Virus record (IMG/VR): IMGVR_UViG_3300032081_000018
Location: 1-28,710 of that record
Source: a virus
Lineage: Duplodnaviria; Caudoviricetes
Reading direction: 5' to 3' (one strand)
Length of the DNA: 28,710 bases
Positions 27,038-28,710 of the stretch are shown here, piece after piece. Within the stretch, counting starts at the first letter, position 1; every line of letters starts with the position of its first letter. The notes beneath the pieces are model-generated. The model worked only from the letters and a program-made list of their open reading frames with translations. It ran no database searches and had not been told where the DNA came from. Position numbers and translations under genes: made by a program.

Positions 27038-27066
27038 ATTATACCATAGTATTGTTATATCTACAA
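27038..27066 (-). promoter_or_regulatory. Sigma70-type promoter in front of the scaffold-capsid genes
   Basis: Minus strand TTGTAG, 17-nt spacer ending in TGG, then a perfect TATAAT (extended -10). Lies in the largest intergenic gap. Confidence 0.7.
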
Positions 27067-27067
27067 A

Positions 27068-27496
27068 TTAAGCTGATGCTGTCCCTAGATTAAATGTAGG
27101 ATCAAGATCAGTTGGGTCTTCTACACGAAGCATAATTTGGTCATCAAACAAAAGAATAAGCCTTACACCTTTGTAAAATAACTTAGTTCCTGCATGTTTA
27201 CCGTAGCAAACATAGTCTCCTACATTACACCATGCACCTGTTGAAAACTTTTCTTCATCTGCATAGGCAAGATCGCCAAGACTTAAAACCTTACCAATTG
27301 TTGTTAGATAGGACATGTCGTCCTTGGTAGAGTCTGGAATAATAATACCGCCTTTTGTCAATGACTTAACTGACACAGGGCGAATTAAAACATGAAAACC
27401 TGGAAGTGCTGGCAGCACATCTGGATCAGGTTGTTCAATGGGGTCTGTAATCCACATATCATTTTTAATGGCATTGCCTAAATTTACCTGTTGCAT
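27068..27496 (-). CDS. groES: Phage co-chaperonin GroES/Cpn10-like
   Basis: P.GFHVLIRP...TKGGIIIPD mobile loop, GKVLSLG, VGDYVCYGKHAGT and LLFDDQIM match the Cpn10 pattern. Confidence 0.9.
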   Translation of the reverse strand: MQQVNLGNAIKNDMWITDPIEQPDPDVLPALPGFHVLIRPVSVKSLTKGGIIIPDSTKDDMSYLTTIGKVLSLGDLAYADEEKFSTGAWCNVGDYVCYGKHAGTKLFYKGVRLILLFDDQIMLRVEDPTDLDPTFNLGTASA

Positions 27497-27497
27497 T

Positions 27498-27692
27498 TTA
27501 CTCCTCGTCTTCGTCGTATATACGTTTCTTTACGATATCGGTTAAATTATCTCTTGCCCATTCAAGTCCAGATAGGTTGCCTACCATCTGTGTATATTCA
27601 GCATAACTACCTGCACTGCCATGACCAAGTGCTACTCTTAACTTATTAATTTCTTCGTTGAGTGTTTGAATAAACTCGTCCCAGATATTCAT
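27498..27692 (-). CDS. Hypothetical protein (64 aa)
   Basis: Helical L..G....Y..Y...VG...GL pattern; TAATG-coupled. Confidence 0.75.
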   Translation of the reverse strand: MNIWDEFIQTLNEEINKLRVALGHGSAGSYAEYTQMVGNLSGLEWARDNLTDIVKKRIYDEDEE

Positions 27693-27904
27693 TACTTTAG
27701 TTTAGCTGGTCCTGGAACTTTGTATGAAAAATCATCGAACTTACCTAGAACACTACGATTGGTTCGACTACCAAACGATTCCTCGTCTACCATATTACCA
27801 AACGTCTCAGGATTGGAATTTGGTACATGTGTAGGATAACCGCCTGTCACGCTCTTAACATCAGACTTTACGTGTTCAGGATATCCTTTTCCTTTTGTCA
27901 TCAT
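27692..27904 (-). CDS. Hypothetical protein (70 aa)
   Basis: ATGA-coupled to the portal stop with an AAGGAG RBS. Internal repeat GYPEHV / GYPTHV. Confidence 0.7.
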   Translation of the reverse strand: MMTKGKGYPEHVKSDVKSVTGGYPTHVPNSNPETFGNMVDEESFGSRTNRSVLGKFDDFSYKVPGPAKLK

Positions 27905-28710
27905 TGTTTGTCTCCTTGAAACTGTTTAAGAAAATCAAAGATTTCCTTTACTGTATTTTCTTTTTCTTTACCTTGCTGCTTTTCACCCTCAATAGCTAAC
28001 TGCGTGAGGGCTTCAAGAGCTTTGATATCTTGTTTACTGTTACGATCTAGTTCAGCTTTTTCTCTCTTGAAGTTATCAGTAGCATTTGTTTTCAACATGC
28101 TAATGATCTGATCGTTTTCTTCAAGCTCAAGTTTCTTATTTTTAAGTTCCATATCAGCCGCTGAAATAGCTGTATCCTTATCAATCTTTTGTTTCTCAAG
28201 TTCAACCTTGGCTTGCTCAAGCGCAACCAACTGTTGCTCTGGAGACTGTGCCATGCCCATAGCCTGATTAGCATTAAGAACTTGCTGTGCAGCTTGCGCG
28301 GTAATCATTTCAATTACCTGTGGGTTCTGTGCTGCCTCTGGTCCTGCCTGTTGCATTAGCTGTTGCGTTACACCAGAAACCTGTTCCTGATACTTCATTA
28401 CAGAATGTTCCTGAATGTTAGCTTCTAATACAGGCCGTAGTCTAGCCATAACAGGATTAGCACCATTCATAGGGTCTTGTAGATATGCCATCTTGGTTTG
28501 AATATGTGCATCATGGTTCTGTCCTGCAAACGCTGCAATAGGGATACCTTTAGTTGCAGCCATAATATCAGACACAGGGTCCATAGGTTGAGGCTCAATT
28601 TTTGGCGGCAGTATCTGTTCTAGGTTAGGCATGTTAGCCGCATGTAGAATAGTTCTGTTAAGTGCCTCTAGGTTAAACATTCCAGGTGGCGACTGCTGCG
28701 CCATTTGCAG
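27901..28710 (-). CDS. Portal protein, C-terminal part (partial)
   Basis: Frame open past the window edge. P.DP...G.PI.AF.GQNHDAHI..K motif and a Gln-rich coiled-coil barrel typical of P22-like portals. Confidence 0.75.
   Translation of the reverse strand: MQMAQQSPPGMFNLEALNRTILHAANMPNLEQILPPKIEPQPMDPVSDIMAATKGIPIAAFAGQNHDAHIQTKMAYLQDPMNGANPVMARLRPVLEANIQEHSVMKYQEQVSGVTQQLMQQAGPEAAQNPQVIEMITAQAAQQVLNANQAMGMAQSPEQQLVALEQAKVELEKQKIDKDTAISAADMELKNKKLELEENDQIISMLKTNATDNFKREKAELDRNSKQDIKALEALTQLAIEGEKQQGKEKENTVKEIFDFLKQFQGDKQ

Larger units (their letters stand above)
1..28710 (-). mobile_element. Tailed phage genome segment (structural and lysis module, podovirus-like)
   Basis: Co-oriented, tightly overlapping genes in portal-scaffold-capsid-adaptor-fibre-nozzle-ejection-lysis order. 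No host housekeeping genes, and no tail tube, sheath or tape-measure gene. Confidence 0.95.

Overview
This window is the virion-morphogenesis and lysis arm of a tailed dsDNA phage, most likely a marine-type podovirus, since no tail tube, sheath or tape-measure gene is visible. Nearly all genes lie on the minus strand, packed with TAATG/ATGA overlaps. In transcription order (right to left) they are: portal C-terminus, two small ORFs, a GroES-like co-chaperonin, scaffold, two head proteins, major capsid protein with a terminator, adaptor 1, a ~3.2 kb cluster of nine small and mostly very Lys/Arg-rich proteins, adaptor 2, tail fibres with a lectin tip and chaperone, tail nozzle, three internal/ejection proteins, a holin candidate and a peptidase M15 endolysin. 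This unit converges on the 3' end of a plus-strand gene with a terminase-small-subunit-like motif. The most interesting signal is a set of short peptide tags shared among otherwise unrelated proteins that are likely capsid-internal: a repeated x-[KRA]-x-G-G-x-[VLI] motif, a C-terminal RG/QG-Y/H-G/R-A-x-x-KG motif, capsid-like N-termini, and an acidic DPAVDDPALVEE cassette copied base-for-base between two ejection genes. Together they hint at a cargo-tagging or processing system. All product calls come from motif recognition and gene order, not database searches.
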